A DNA stretch of 64,000 nt from an uncultured Actinomycetes bacterium (GTDB taxonomy: Bacteria; Actinomycetota; Thermoleophilia; UBA2241), in assembly GCA_963709345.1 (NCBI GenBank), contig CAVPVX010000007.1, positions 352,001 through 416,000 on the forward strand. The letters run 5' to 3'. Shown piece by piece: positions 54,864-64,000 of the stretch. A program made the position numbers and the translations under genes. Every line of letters begins with the position of its first letter. Within the stretch, counting starts at the first letter, position 1. The notes beneath the pieces are model-generated. The model had not been told where the DNA came from. It saw only the letters and a list, made by a program, of their open reading frames with translations, and ran no database searches.

Positions 54864-55916
54864 ATGACGACGGAGACCGACGTCCACGTACCGGAGTCGC
54901 GGTCCTTCTTCGTGCGCCGCGTCACCGCTGTACGCGACTTCGAGCTGTTCTTCGTCTCGTCGGTGGCGACGATCCTGCTCGTGCGCGCCATCCTGGCGGC
55001 CACGGGCTGGCCACAGCTCGGCGGCGGCAAGATCCACTTCGCCCACCTGCTGTGGGGCGGCGTCGGGATGCTCATCGCCTTCGTCCTCTTCATGGCCATG
55101 CAGGGCCGCCTGTGGAACCAGCTCGCGACCCTGTCGGCGGGAATCGGCTTCGGCCTCTTCATCGACGAGCTGGGCAAGTTCATCACGTCGGACAACGACT
55201 ACTTCTTCCGGCCGACGATCGCCATCATCTACGTGATCTTCGTGGTGCTCTTCTTCCTGTTTCGCTGGCTCGGCAACGTGGAGAACATCTCGCCGCAGGC
55301 GGCCCTCGTCAACGCCTTCGACCTCTCAAAGGAAGCCGTCCTGCGCGACATGGACAGTTCCGAGAAGGAGGAGGCGCTGTGGCTGCTGCGCCGCGCCGAC
55401 CCGGCCAGCCCCATCGCGCTCTCCCTGCGCGTGATGCTCGAGGATATGGAACCGGCGAAGAGGGCGTCGCTCAACCCCCTGCTCCGGGCCAAGCAGGCGG
55501 TGCGCCGCGTCTACGGCGGCCTGGTCCGGCGACGCTGGTTCAAGCGCATGGTCTTCGGCTGGTTCGTCTTCACCTCACTGATCGCGCTGCTGGCCCCCTT
55601 CATCGGCGACACGAGCCCCGCCCAGCTCACCTTCGCCCAGACCGGCGGCTTGATCTCGGGCGTGCTCACGGGAGCGTGCGTCGCCCTCGGCATCGTGCGC
55701 TGGCGACGCTCGAAGCTGCAGGCGTTCGGCTGGTTCGAGCGCGGCGCGCTGGTGAGCATCCTGATCGGCGAGTTCTTCTCCTTCTACCAGAGCCAGGTGC
55801 TCGCCGTCTTCGGGCTGCTGTGGCTCTTGCTCACGCTCGGCGTGATCCGCTCTATGATCGCCGCGGAACTGCCCCGAGTGGCGACGGCCGACCAGAACCC
55901 ACCGGCAGGAGGCTGA
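54864..55916 (+). CDS. Conserved hypothetical membrane protein
   Basis: HFAHLLWGG, GIGFGLFIDELGKFITSDNDYFF, multiple TM helices. Confidence 0.8.
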   Translation: MTTETDVHVPESRSFFVRRVTAVRDFELFFVSSVATILLVRAILAATGWPQLGGGKIHFAHLLWGGVGMLIAFVLFMAMQGRLWNQLATLSAGIGFGLFIDELGKFITSDNDYFFRPTIAIIYVIFVVLFFLFRWLGNVENISPQAALVNAFDLSKEAVLRDMDSSEKEEALWLLRRADPASPIALSLRVMLEDMEPAKRASLNPLLRAKQAVRRVYGGLVRRRWFKRMVFGWFVFTSLIALLAPFIGDTSPAQLTFAQTGGLISGVLTGACVALGIVRWRRSKLQAFGWFERGALVSILIGEFFSFYQSQVLAVFGLLWLLLTLGVIRSMIAAELPRVATADQNPPAGG

Positions 55917-55918
55917 CC

Positions 55919-56380
55919 ATGGACCGGATCAAGTGCGACATCCAGGCAGCGGGGGACGACGACCACAGCATGCTTGTCCTGCTCGCCGAAGAGACGCTTC
56001 ACCCGCTGGCCGAGGGCTCCGGGCATCCGGAGCGCTACCACAGCGGTGAGTTCGTCGAACTGCTGGGCCGGGCCGATGTGTACGTCGCCCGGGCCGACGC
56101 TGATCTCGCCGGCTTCGTCGCCGTCGAGACCGACGAAGGCGCGCTCGCCGTGCGCTGCATCTGCGTGCACCCGGCCTTCGAGGCCCGCGGCGTCGCCAAC
56201 CAGCTGCTGGACTGGGCCGAAGGCGTGGCCATCGACAGACGTCTGGAGCGGCTGACGGCCTACGTACCCGCCGCCGACGCACCCTCGCTGCGCCTGTACC
56301 GCGGCCACGGCTTCGCCGCCGGCGCCCCGGTCGCCGAGATGCTGGCGCTCGAGAAGCGGCTCCCCATGCTCCCGGAGTGA
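55919..56380 (+). CDS. GNAT N-acetyltransferase
   Basis: VHPAFEARGVANQLL, SLRLYRGHGF. Confidence 0.85.
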   Translation: MDRIKCDIQAAGDDDHSMLVLLAEETLHPLAEGSGHPERYHSGEFVELLGRADVYVARADADLAGFVAVETDEGALAVRCICVHPAFEARGVANQLLDWAEGVAIDRRLERLTAYVPAADAPSLRLYRGHGFAAGAPVAEMLALEKRLPMLPE

Positions 56381-57300
56381 GCAGCATGCGCATCACCCTC
56401 ATCAGCGTCCCCTACGACCTCGGCCGCGCCGACGTGGGCAGCGGGCGGGGACCGGCCGCCTACCTCAGGGCCGGCGCCGCCGAGGCGCTGCAGGCCCGAG
56501 GCCACGAGGTCGACGTCGTCACCGCTCGCCGCGCCGGGAAGTACGAGAACGAGCTCCAGGCAGTGCTGGCCGTGAACGAGGCCGTGGCCGCGGCGGTCGC
56601 CGGAGCGCGCGCACGCGGCTCACTGCCGCTCGTCCTCGCCGGCAACTGCAACGCCGCGCTCGGCGTGCGCGCCGGACTGCAGCGACTCGGCGACGGCGCA
56701 GCCGCGCTCGTGTGGCTCGACGCGCACGGCGACTTCAATACTCCGTCGACCACGGAGACGGGCTACCTCGACGGCATGCCGCTCGCAATGCTCTGCGGCC
56801 GCGCGTACCGAGATGCCGTGGGCAGGGCGCTCGGCTCCACTCCGGTGGCCGAGCCCGCGGTCCTTCACATCGGCGCCCGCGAGCTGGATCGCGGCGAGGC
56901 CGCGTCCCTCGCGGCCTCCGGAGTGCTCGTGGTGAACGGCGCCCAGTTGAGCGAAGGTGATCGCGCACGACTGCTCGGCGAGCGCCTCGACGAACTCGCA
57001 GCGAGACCGTCGTCGGATGCCGGCGGACGGGCCGCCGCCCACCTGCACGTCGACCTCGACGTGCTCGATCCGGCGGCGGCTCCGGGCGTCAGCTTCCCCA
57101 CGCCCGGCGGCTTCACGGCGGCTCAGCTGTTGGAGGTCATAGAGCTCGTCATGGCGCGCTTCGAGATCGTCGCCGTGACGGTCGCCTCGTTCACCCCCGA
57201 CCGCGACGACGCGGCTGAATCCACGCTGGCCGCGGGCCTCGCCGTGCTGGGTCTGGTGGCCGGCAGCGCCCACGCGAGAGCGGCGGCCGCGCGACGCTGA
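56377..57300 (+). CDS. Arginase/ureohydrolase family protein
   Basis: WLDAHGDFNT, GMP, HVDLDVLDP, PGG. Confidence 0.87.
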   Translation: MSSMRITLISVPYDLGRADVGSGRGPAAYLRAGAAEALQARGHEVDVVTARRAGKYENELQAVLAVNEAVAAAVAGARARGSLPLVLAGNCNAALGVRAGLQRLGDGAAALVWLDAHGDFNTPSTTETGYLDGMPLAMLCGRAYRDAVGRALGSTPVAEPAVLHIGARELDRGEAASLAASGVLVVNGAQLSEGDRARLLGERLDELAARPSSDAGGRAAAHLHVDLDVLDPAAAPGVSFPTPGGFTAAQLLEVIELVMARFEIVAVTVASFTPDRDDAAESTLAAGLAVLGLVAGSAHARAAAARR

Positions 57301-57350
57301 GGGGGCCGGGCGCGGCTCAGCGCGACTGGCCGCTCGCCGCGACGAGCGGC

Positions 57351-58604
57351 TCAGCGATAGATGTAGACGCGCTCGCCCACCCACGACTGGCCGTACACCC
57401 ACTGGGCCACCCACATCGGCTCGCGCACGCAGCCGTGGCTGGCGGGATACGGCGGTACGGACACCCAGCCGTGGATCGCGAAGTTGCCGAGGAATCCCAT
57501 GGTGCGGAAGAGCACGCCGCCCCCGGTGAAGGTGGAGGTGTACGGATGCTTCTGCTGGATGCGGAAGGCGCCCTCGGGGGTGTTGCCGGTCGCGCCGGTG
57601 GAGACGGCGATCAGCCCCGAGACTTGCCCGTTCCGGACGATCATCAGGATCTGGCGCGCCTTGTCCACCTCGATGTGGACGGCGGGCGACGCGTATCGCG
57701 GCTTGACCGGCCTGGCGCCGTCGAGCTTGCGCCAGTCGGCGTATGCGAAGGCGTAGGTGCGTGGCAGCCGGTAGGCCTTCTGGAAGGCCACGACCGCGTC
57801 GCGGGTGCTGGAGCTGAACCGGGTCCCCATGCCGGGCACGCGGATCTTCAGCCGCACGAGCCCGGTGAGCATGCCCTTGACGTGGGCGCCGCTGGAGCCG
57901 ACCGAAAGCCGGCGCCACTTGACGTCGACCTTCTTCTGCGCGCTGCGCGCGGCGAGGCCGCCGTCCGACGGCAGGGCGAACGTGACCGTGAACCAATCGA
58001 TGCCGCGCAGCGGGATGCCGAAGACGGCGCGGCCGTTGCGCACGCGCACCCGGTACGTCCCGGCCGCCGCACCTCGGTGGGAGACCCGAGCGGTGACGAC
58101 GCCGTCGTAGGCGAGAGGCGCCACCTTGACGACGAACCGCGCCTTCAGGAAGGGCACCGCCGCGCCCCTAGTGACCGTCACTCTGGGCTTGACGGCGAGG
58201 GCTCGGGGCGCGGCGGTCGTGCCGTCGGCGACGACGCGCGCCACCACCGAGCCGCCGCGGCGCGGCGTGAAGGCTACGGAGTACGCGCCGGTGTCGTCCG
58301 TGACCGCGGTCGCCACATCGGCGCCGCCAAGCGAGACGGCGACCTCGACGTCCTCCACCGCCGGCGTGACCACGCCGCGGACCGTGACCGAGTCGCCGAA
58401 GACGACGGACGCGCGATTGAGAAGACAGGTGATCGTCGCCGGCTCGGGAGACGCGGACTCGCCGGTGGCGACCGGCTCGGCAACCGTCTCCTGCGTCTCC
58501 GCCACGGCAGCGCCCGCTCCGAGCAGGCTCGCGGCGGCGAGCGCCAGCGCCAGCACGAGAACGACGAGGGGGCGTGGAACGGGGCGGGACGTGGTGTGGC
58601 GCAT
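57351..58604 (-). CDS. Secreted L,D-transpeptidase (YkuD) with PG-binding domain
   Basis: Signal peptide, AVVAFQKAY, VSTG, TPEG, AIHG...SHGCVR. Confidence 0.88.
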   Translation of the reverse strand: MRHTTSRPVPRPLVVLVLALALAAASLLGAGAAVAETQETVAEPVATGESASPEPATITCLLNRASVVFGDSVTVRGVVTPAVEDVEVAVSLGGADVATAVTDDTGAYSVAFTPRRGGSVVARVVADGTTAAPRALAVKPRVTVTRGAAVPFLKARFVVKVAPLAYDGVVTARVSHRGAAAGTYRVRVRNGRAVFGIPLRGIDWFTVTFALPSDGGLAARSAQKKVDVKWRRLSVGSSGAHVKGMLTGLVRLKIRVPGMGTRFSSSTRDAVVAFQKAYRLPRTYAFAYADWRKLDGARPVKPRYASPAVHIEVDKARQILMIVRNGQVSGLIAVSTGATGNTPEGAFRIQQKHPYTSTFTGGGVLFRTMGFLGNFAIHGWVSVPPYPASHGCVREPMWVAQWVYGQSWVGERVYIYR

Positions 58605-58755
58605 GGACCGGCTCCTCGGTGAGGCGCGCACGAGGCGCGAGCGTGTGCGGTGGCGGCAGCGTAGCACGTGCACGCACGAAAGGTCGACCACGGGCCGGGC
58701 CCCGCCCCGTGCGGTACCATGTGAGTCACGACCGAACCGACCGCGAGGAGTGACG

Positions 58756-60015
58756 ATGCTCGACGTCAAGATGGTGCGCGCCGAACCGGACGAGGTCCGC
58801 AGGGCCCTGGAGCGGCGGGGCGAGCCCACGTCACCGCTCGACGAGTTCCTCGCGGTCGAGAGCCGGCGCCGCGAGCTGCTCACCGAGGTCGAGAGCCGGC
58901 GCGCCGAGCGCAAGCGCGCCAGCGACGAGATCGCCGTCGTCAAGAAGGCCGGCGGCGACGCCGCCGAGGCGATCGCCGCCATGCGCACGCTCGGCGATGC
59001 CATCAAGGAGCACGAGGCGGCGCTCGCCGAGACCGAGGAGCGGCTGAACGCCATGCTCCTCGAGCTCCCGAACATCCCGCTCGCCGACGTGCCCGACGGC
59101 GGCGAAGAGGACTCCGTGGTGCTGCGCCTCGTCGGCGAGCCGCGCGTCTTCGACTTCGAGCCCAAGGACCACCTCGACCTCGGCCTCGCCCTCGACGTCA
59201 TCGACATGGAGCGTGGCGCCAAGGTCAGCGGCTCGCGCTTCGCCTACCTCAAGGGCGACCTCGTGATGCTGCAGTTCGCCCTCGTGCGCTACGCGCTCGA
59301 CGTCATCCAGTCAAAGGGCTTCCGCCCGGTGATCCCCCCCGTGCTGGTCCGTGAGGAGGCCATGTACGGTACCGGTTTCTTCCCCACCGACCGCGCCCAG
59401 GTCTACGAGACAGTCGACGGCGACTGCCTCGCCGGTACCAGCGAGGTGCCGCTGGCGGCGATGCACATGGAGGAGTTCCTCGACGAGACCGCCTTCCCGA
59501 TCCGCTACGCAGGCTATTCGACCTGCTTCCGCCGTGAGGCCGGCGCCGCCGGCCGCGACACGCGCGGCATCCTGCGCGTGCACCAGTTCGACAAGGTCGA
59601 GATGTTCAGCTTCTGCACGCCCGAGCAGAGCGCGGCCGAGCACCGGCTCATCCTCTCGGCCGAGGAGGAGATCCTGCAGGGCCTCGGCATCCCCTACCGC
59701 GTCGTGAACATCGCCGCCGGCGACCTCGGCGCCCCGGCGGCACAGAAGTTCGACTGCGAGGCGTGGCTGCCCGGCCAGCAGCAGTACCGGGAGCTCACGA
59801 GCTGCAGCAACTGCACCGACTACCAGGCACGGCGTCTCAACTGCCGCTTCCGCACCGAGAAGGGCCCGCGCTTCGTGCACACGCTCAACGGCACCGGCGT
59901 GGCCGTCGGGCGTACGCTCATCGCGATCATGGAGAACTACCAGCAGGCCGACGGCGCCATCGCCGTGCCGGAGGCGCTGCGGCCGCTGTTCGGCAAGGAC
60001 GCGATCGGCGTCTGA
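58756..60015 (+). CDS. serS: Seryl-tRNA synthetase
   Basis: GTSEV, CFRREAG, RVHQFDKVE, SCSNCTDYQARR, HTLNGT. Confidence 0.97.
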   Translation: MLDVKMVRAEPDEVRRALERRGEPTSPLDEFLAVESRRRELLTEVESRRAERKRASDEIAVVKKAGGDAAEAIAAMRTLGDAIKEHEAALAETEERLNAMLLELPNIPLADVPDGGEEDSVVLRLVGEPRVFDFEPKDHLDLGLALDVIDMERGAKVSGSRFAYLKGDLVMLQFALVRYALDVIQSKGFRPVIPPVLVREEAMYGTGFFPTDRAQVYETVDGDCLAGTSEVPLAAMHMEEFLDETAFPIRYAGYSTCFRREAGAAGRDTRGILRVHQFDKVEMFSFCTPEQSAAEHRLILSAEEEILQGLGIPYRVVNIAAGDLGAPAAQKFDCEAWLPGQQQYRELTSCSNCTDYQARRLNCRFRTEKGPRFVHTLNGTGVAVGRTLIAIMENYQQADGAIAVPEALRPLFGKDAIGV

Positions 60016-60024
60016 CGGCGAGCG

Positions 60025-60438
60025 TCAGTCTTCGACCGCGAGCGCCGGCCCGAAGGAGGCGCCCCCGCCGTTCTCGCGCCAGGGGATCACGAAGCAGTGC
60101 ACGTCGACGCCCGGGAGGTTCGTCTCGAGGAGCGTCCTGACCCGGCGGAGGTCGCGCTCGAGGAGCTCCTGCTGGTCGAAGCCGAACCCGCCGAGCGCGC
60201 GCTCGTAGGCCGTGCACTCCTGGTGCGAAACGAGGTAGATCGTGCGCACGTCGTGCGCCTCGACGAGCTCGCTGACGCAGCTCAGGGCGACGCGGCGGTC
60301 CATGCCCGGCCGCGTCAGGATCAGCGGGCCGCCGGGCACGATCAAGCGGTGAGCTTCGGCTCCGCCGACCTGGTCCTGCAGTGTCGAGACGGCAGGCGCC
60401 ACGCAGCCGTCCGAACAGGCGATGATGAGAACGCTCAT
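60025..60438 (-). CDS. Small beta-carbonic-anhydrase-like protein
   Basis: IACSDG, VPGG, SHQEC.AY zinc-ligand pattern. Confidence 0.6.
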   Translation of the reverse strand: MSVLIIACSDGCVAPAVSTLQDQVGGAEAHRLIVPGGPLILTRPGMDRRVALSCVSELVEAHDVRTIYLVSHQECTAYERALGGFGFDQQELLERDLRRVRTLLETNLPGVDVHCFVIPWRENGGGASFGPALAVED

Positions 60439-60575
60439 GGCGACGGAGTATGCCAGACACCGCCCCGACTGGCCAGCGCGATGCCCGGCGGCTGCGGGAG
60501 GCCGGGCGCGGCCGCGAAGCCCGCGGCCCGCGTCGCTGTGAGACTCAGCCCCCGGTTGCTACACTGGCGCTTGCC

Positions 60576-60665
60576 GGAGGGGTGGCCGAGAGGTCGAAGG
60601 CAGCGGTCTTGAAAACCGCCAACGGGGCGACTCGTTCGTGGGTTCGAATCCCACCCCCTCCGCCA
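60576..60665 (+). tRNA. tRNA-Ser(TGA)
   Basis: GGAGGGGTGGCCGAGAGG...GCGGTCTTGAAAACCGC...GGTTCGAATCCC...CCA, long variable arm, TACACT upstream. Confidence 0.97.
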
Positions 60666-60902
60666 TTTGCAGGAAAAAGCGCCCGCCAACACAATCCCTC
60701 TCCCGAAGGCCGCTACGTCCATCGGTCGGCGAGCTCCTGGTCGGCAGAAACCGCGGCGGCGCCCGCGTCGATGTTCCCGCGCGCGGCCTCGCGGTCGCGA
60801 AGCTCGGCCACCTCGACCTCGTGCGGCCACGGCCATTGCGCCGCTTCGCCGCGCAAGAGATACTCTGCCGCATCCAGGCCGGACATCAAGGAGGCAGCCA
60901 CC

Positions 60903-61787
60903 ATGAGAAGGACGATGCACGGGCGCCTGTCGCGGACCCTCACCTCGACCCTTCTGCTGGCGCTGCTCGCCGCCCTGCTGCTCGCCGGCAGCGCCTTGGC
61001 CGCCGGCAAGCCCGGCAAGCCCACCGCCAAGGCGCCAAAGGGCACCGTCACCACCGCCAAACCGGTCTTCACATGGAGCAAGGCGCCGCGCGCCGCCAAG
61101 TACGAGCTGCGCGTCTCCAAGGGCGGCAAGCTGCTGCTCAAGAAGACCGGCCTCAAGAAGACCACCTGGACGAGCACCAAGGCGCTGCCCAAGAACGTCT
61201 CTCTCACCTGGAAGGTGCGGGCGAGCAACGCCCGCGGCGCCGGCGCCTGGAGCAAGCCCCTCGCGTTCAAGGTGGCGTCGTCCGGCCCCTCACTCAAGAT
61301 CGGTGACGCCTACGGCGGCGGCATCGTCGCCCACATCGACGGGACTGGAGCGCACGGCCTCATCGCTGCCGTGGCCGATCAGACCCCGGCCGACTCGGGG
61401 ATCCGGTGGGCGACAGAGCCGTACTGGTACACCGACGTGCCGGGTGCGAGAGGAATGGCTATCGGCACCGGCGGCGCCAACACGGATGCGATCATCGCCC
61501 AGAACCGCGTCGGCACGACCTACGCGGCCGGCTTGGCACGCGCGTATACCGGCGGCGGCTACAGCGACTGGTACCTGCCCAGCAGGGACGAGCTGAGCAA
61601 GCTCTACGTCAACCGCGCGGCAATCGGCGGTTTCACCACTGCTGCGAGCGACTGGCCCTGGTACTGGAGTTCCACCCAGGAAACGGGCTTCCCGGGCCTG
61701 GCGTGGTACTTGAGCTTCGGGGACGGCTACCTGTACCGCGGCATCAAGAGCGACACGAACAGGGTGCGCGCCGTCCGAGCCTTCTGA
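60903..61787 (+). CDS. Secreted protein: Lys-rich Fn3-like domain + DUF1566/CLec-like domain
   Basis: AAGGAGG RBS, signal peptide, WKVRASN..GAGAWS, IGDAYGGGIV, DWYLPSRDEL, YWSST, VRAVRAF. Confidence 0.8.
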   Translation: MRRTMHGRLSRTLTSTLLLALLAALLLAGSALAAGKPGKPTAKAPKGTVTTAKPVFTWSKAPRAAKYELRVSKGGKLLLKKTGLKKTTWTSTKALPKNVSLTWKVRASNARGAGAWSKPLAFKVASSGPSLKIGDAYGGGIVAHIDGTGAHGLIAAVADQTPADSGIRWATEPYWYTDVPGARGMAIGTGGANTDAIIAQNRVGTTYAAGLARAYTGGGYSDWYLPSRDELSKLYVNRAAIGGFTTAASDWPWYWSSTQETGFPGLAWYLSFGDGYLYRGIKSDTNRVRAVRAF

Positions 61788-61962
61788 CCGTTCGACCAGT
61801 GGACTGGTGAGAAGGGGCGGCGGGGAGCCTCTGCGATTCTCTTGAGAGGGGGCCTGTGAGCTCCCACGATGGCCGGCCCGCCCCCTTCCGTACGCGTGAC
61901 GGCGCAGGCGGGCGGGGCTGCACGTGCCCCGCCCGCCTGCGCCGCTCGAACGCGATACCGTG

Positions 61963-62145
61963 TCAGGCGCCCGCTGGCGTCTCTTCGGCCGGTGTTTCCT
62001 CGGCCGGCGGCGTGTAGCTGCTCCAGGGGTCGCTGGTGTCGCCGCCCCAGCCGCAGCAGCCGCCGTCACCCTTCAGCATCTTCCAGGCGAAGTAGGCGCC
62101 GATACCGGCGAGCATGATGAACACGACGAAGATGATCTTCTTCAC
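61963..62145 (-). CDS. Small membrane-anchored protein
   Basis: GGAGGAGG RBS, MKKIIF TM helix, PAEET repeat. Confidence 0.65.
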   Translation of the reverse strand: MKKIIFVVFIMLAGIGAYFAWKMLKGDGGCCGWGGDTSDPWSSYTPPAEETPAEETPAGA

Positions 62146-62255
62146 AGGGGTCCCTCCTCCCATTGCATTGAGACCATGTTACCCCATGACGCGCTTCGTA
62201 AGCGCAAGATTCGCGGCTGGCGCCGAGCCGAGCCTTCCCATAGGCTCGCGGCGCC

Positions 62256-62693
62256 ATGTGGGTCAGCACACACGTCCTCGCCGGTCTCGCCATCGCCGCC
62301 GCCCTCGGCGGACCGTGGTGGCTCATCCTCGTCCTCGTGATCCTCGCGCACGTCCTCATGGACCTCGTCCCGCACTGGGACTACACCGTCTCGCGCCACC
62401 CCGTCGTGTACGGCTGGTGCGACTTCCTCGCCTCGTTCGCCGCCTTCTGGATCGCCTGGCTGCTGCTGGGCTACCCGTGGTGGATCGCTCTCATGGGCCT
62501 GGTCTCGGGCGCCCCGGACTGGGATGTGCTCATCTGGATCGTGCGCGGCCAGCGCGGGCGCAAGTACTTCCCGAGCCACTGGGACAGCTTCCCGCACGGC
62601 AGATCCGGCCCGGGATGGGGCATCAGCGTCCAGGTGGCGATCATGGTGGTGTCCGTGGGCGTGGTGCTGGCGCTGCGACCCGGTGGGGTCTGA
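62256..62693 (+). CDS. Membrane protein, putative metal-binding hydrolase-like
   Basis: THVLAG, HVLMDLVPHWD, APD, H..FPH. Confidence 0.7.
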   Translation: MWVSTHVLAGLAIAAALGGPWWLILVLVILAHVLMDLVPHWDYTVSRHPVVYGWCDFLASFAAFWIAWLLLGYPWWIALMGLVSGAPDWDVLIWIVRGQRGRKYFPSHWDSFPHGRSGPGWGISVQVAIMVVSVGVVLALRPGGV

Positions 62694-62724
62694 CCGATGA
62701 GAACCCGAATCCAGGAGGGATGAC

Positions 62725-63183
62725 ATGGACTACGAGATCGCCGAGAAGGAACTGGCGCCGCAGCCGGCGCTCACCTACCGCACGCGGGTGACCATGACGA
62801 CGATCGCGGACCGGATCGGCGCCGGGTTCGGCGTGCTCATGGAGCACGCCGCCAAGACCGGCGTGCAGTGGGCCGGCCCGCCGTTCATCCTCTATCCGGA
62901 GAGCTGCGACGACGAGTACGAGATCGTCATCTGCATGCCCGTCGCGCCGGGAGCCACAGGCGGCGGCGAGGTCGCCCTCGAGGAGATCCCGGGCGGGCGC
63001 GTCGCGGCGACGACGCACGTCGGGCCGTATCCCGAGGTCGGGAAGGCCTACACGGCCCTGCAGAAGTGGATGACGGACAACGGCTGCCGGCCGGCGGGTC
63101 CGCCGCGCGAGATCTACCTGAACGAGCCCGGCGTGGTGCCGGACGCCGAGCTGCTCACCGAGGTGGACTGGCCCATCGCCTGA
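62725..63183 (+). CDS. GyrI-like small-molecule binding protein
   Basis: AGPPF, THVGPY, PREIYLNEP...LLTEVDWPI, AGGAGG RBS. Confidence 0.88.
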   Translation: MDYEIAEKELAPQPALTYRTRVTMTTIADRIGAGFGVLMEHAAKTGVQWAGPPFILYPESCDDEYEIVICMPVAPGATGGGEVALEEIPGGRVAATTHVGPYPEVGKAYTALQKWMTDNGCRPAGPPREIYLNEPGVVPDAELLTEVDWPIA

Positions 63184-63219
63184 GCGGCGAGCGGGCCGCG
63201 CGCGGGCAGAGGCGCCGCG

Positions 63220-63378
63220 TCACTGCCCGCGCTTCCACAGCTGGTAGATGAGCATCAGCCCGGCTCCGGCGCCCAGGAGCATGACGAGCCCGAGCGTGGT
63301 GCTGCCGCTCAGTAAGAAGTAGGCCGCCGCCGCCAGGTCGATGAAGGTGACGATCACGCCAACGAGCCAGGTCTTCAC
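63220..63378 (-). CDS. Small two-TM hypothetical protein
   Basis: 52-aa hydrophobic ORF from GTG 63378. Confidence 0.55.
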   Translation of the reverse strand: MKTWLVGVIVTFIDLAAAAYFLLSGSTTLGLVMLLGAGAGLMLIYQLWKRGQ

Positions 63379-63418
63379 GTTATACCCCCGCAATCGGGTC
63401 GAGGACTGGACGCTCCGG

Positions 63419-64000
63419 TCATCGTAGCAACTCCAGCGCCACGTGCTCGGCGAACAGCGCCTGACAGGCGAGGTCGCGCACGTGGATGCGCTCGTCGACG
63501 TTGTGGTACCGCGGCGTGACTTCCTCGTACGATTCCACGACGTGCGGCGCGAAGTTGTAGGCCACCGTGTCGGGATACGCGGCGCGGAACCAGTTCGAAT
63601 CGGTGAACCCGACGCAGTGGCTGTTGGCAAGCTCGGCGCCGGGAGCCGTGCGCTCCAGCACCGCGCTGATCGCGTCGGAGAGCGGCGTCGGATACGGCGA
63701 GGCGTTACCGCAGACGACGGGGCCGGCCCACTCGAGCTCCCACTCGGCGTCGACGCCGGCCAGCGCCGCGCGCACCTCGGCCGCAACCTCGCGCTCGTCG
63801 TGGCCGGCGAGCGTGCGGCAGTCGACGCTGACCTCGACGCGCGTCGGGTAGACGTTCACGGCGACGCTGTTCGAACGGACGATGGTGGGAGAGAACGCGA
63901 AGCCGTAGAGCGGCTCGATCAGGTCGGCGAGCTGCGCGTCGCGGCGCTCGAGCTCGGCAAGGGCCGCGCGCGCCGTCTTCGGCTCGCGCAGGCGCGAGCG
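63419..64000 (-). CDS. M20/M25/M40 metallopeptidase, 3' part (runs off window)
   Basis: NVYP...VDCRTL, GFTDSNWFR, HNVDERI. Confidence 0.85.
   Translation of the reverse strand, partial: RSRLREPKTARAALAELERRDAQLADLIEPLYGFAFSPTIVRSNSVAVNVYPTRVEVSVDCRTLAGHDEREVAAEVRAALAGVDAEWELEWAGPVVCGNASPYPTPLSDAISAVLERTAPGAELANSHCVGFTDSNWFRAAYPDTVAYNFAPHVVESYEEVTPRYHNVDERIHVRDLACQALFAEHVALELLR

Noticed and set aside
60576-60665. Selenocysteine or suppressor tRNA because of TGA
   Set aside because: TGA is the anticodon (reads UCA, Ser). tRNA-Sec would have anticodon TCA.
29645-61800. Integrative elements at the three tRNA genes
   Set aside because: No integrase and no duplicated tRNA 3' ends seen in the window.

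Overview
High-GC bacterial chromosomal window, most consistent with a deep-branching Actinomycetota lineage (Thermoleophilia-like; inferred from HspR/HAIR, the fhaA-pstP-rodA-pbpA-pknB cluster and inositol-lipid genes). It is mostly core genome: ligA, surE, a GGDEF/degenerate GGDEF-EAL pair, a HAIR-controlled dnaK-hsp20-grpE-dnaJ-hspR-clp operon, rlmD, an inositol phospholipid cluster, topA-tmk-holB-ricT-copZ, the Ser/Thr kinase cell-wall cluster, pheA, serS and three tRNAs (Lys-CTT, Leu-CAG, Ser-TGA). No CRISPR array, transposase, integrase or reverse transcriptase was seen. The most interesting signals are: (1) a ~160-nt multi-branched structured leader upstream of a class III aminotransferase that I cannot assign to a known riboswitch; (2) a C-rich-loop (6C-like) sRNA candidate behind 11-bp direct repeats at the window start; (3) an inositol-lipid run with an AUR1/PAP2-like enzyme and a PimA-PHP fusion, followed by a degenerate UDG and a presenilin-like protease; (4) an archaeal-type TopA at the normal topA locus; (5) a ClpC-like ATPase lacking the ClpP-docking loop in the dnaK operon; (6) a DUF1566-like gene next to tRNA-Ser that may be an orphan DGR target. 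All family calls come from motif recognition by eye, not database searches, and start codons were adjusted by hand.
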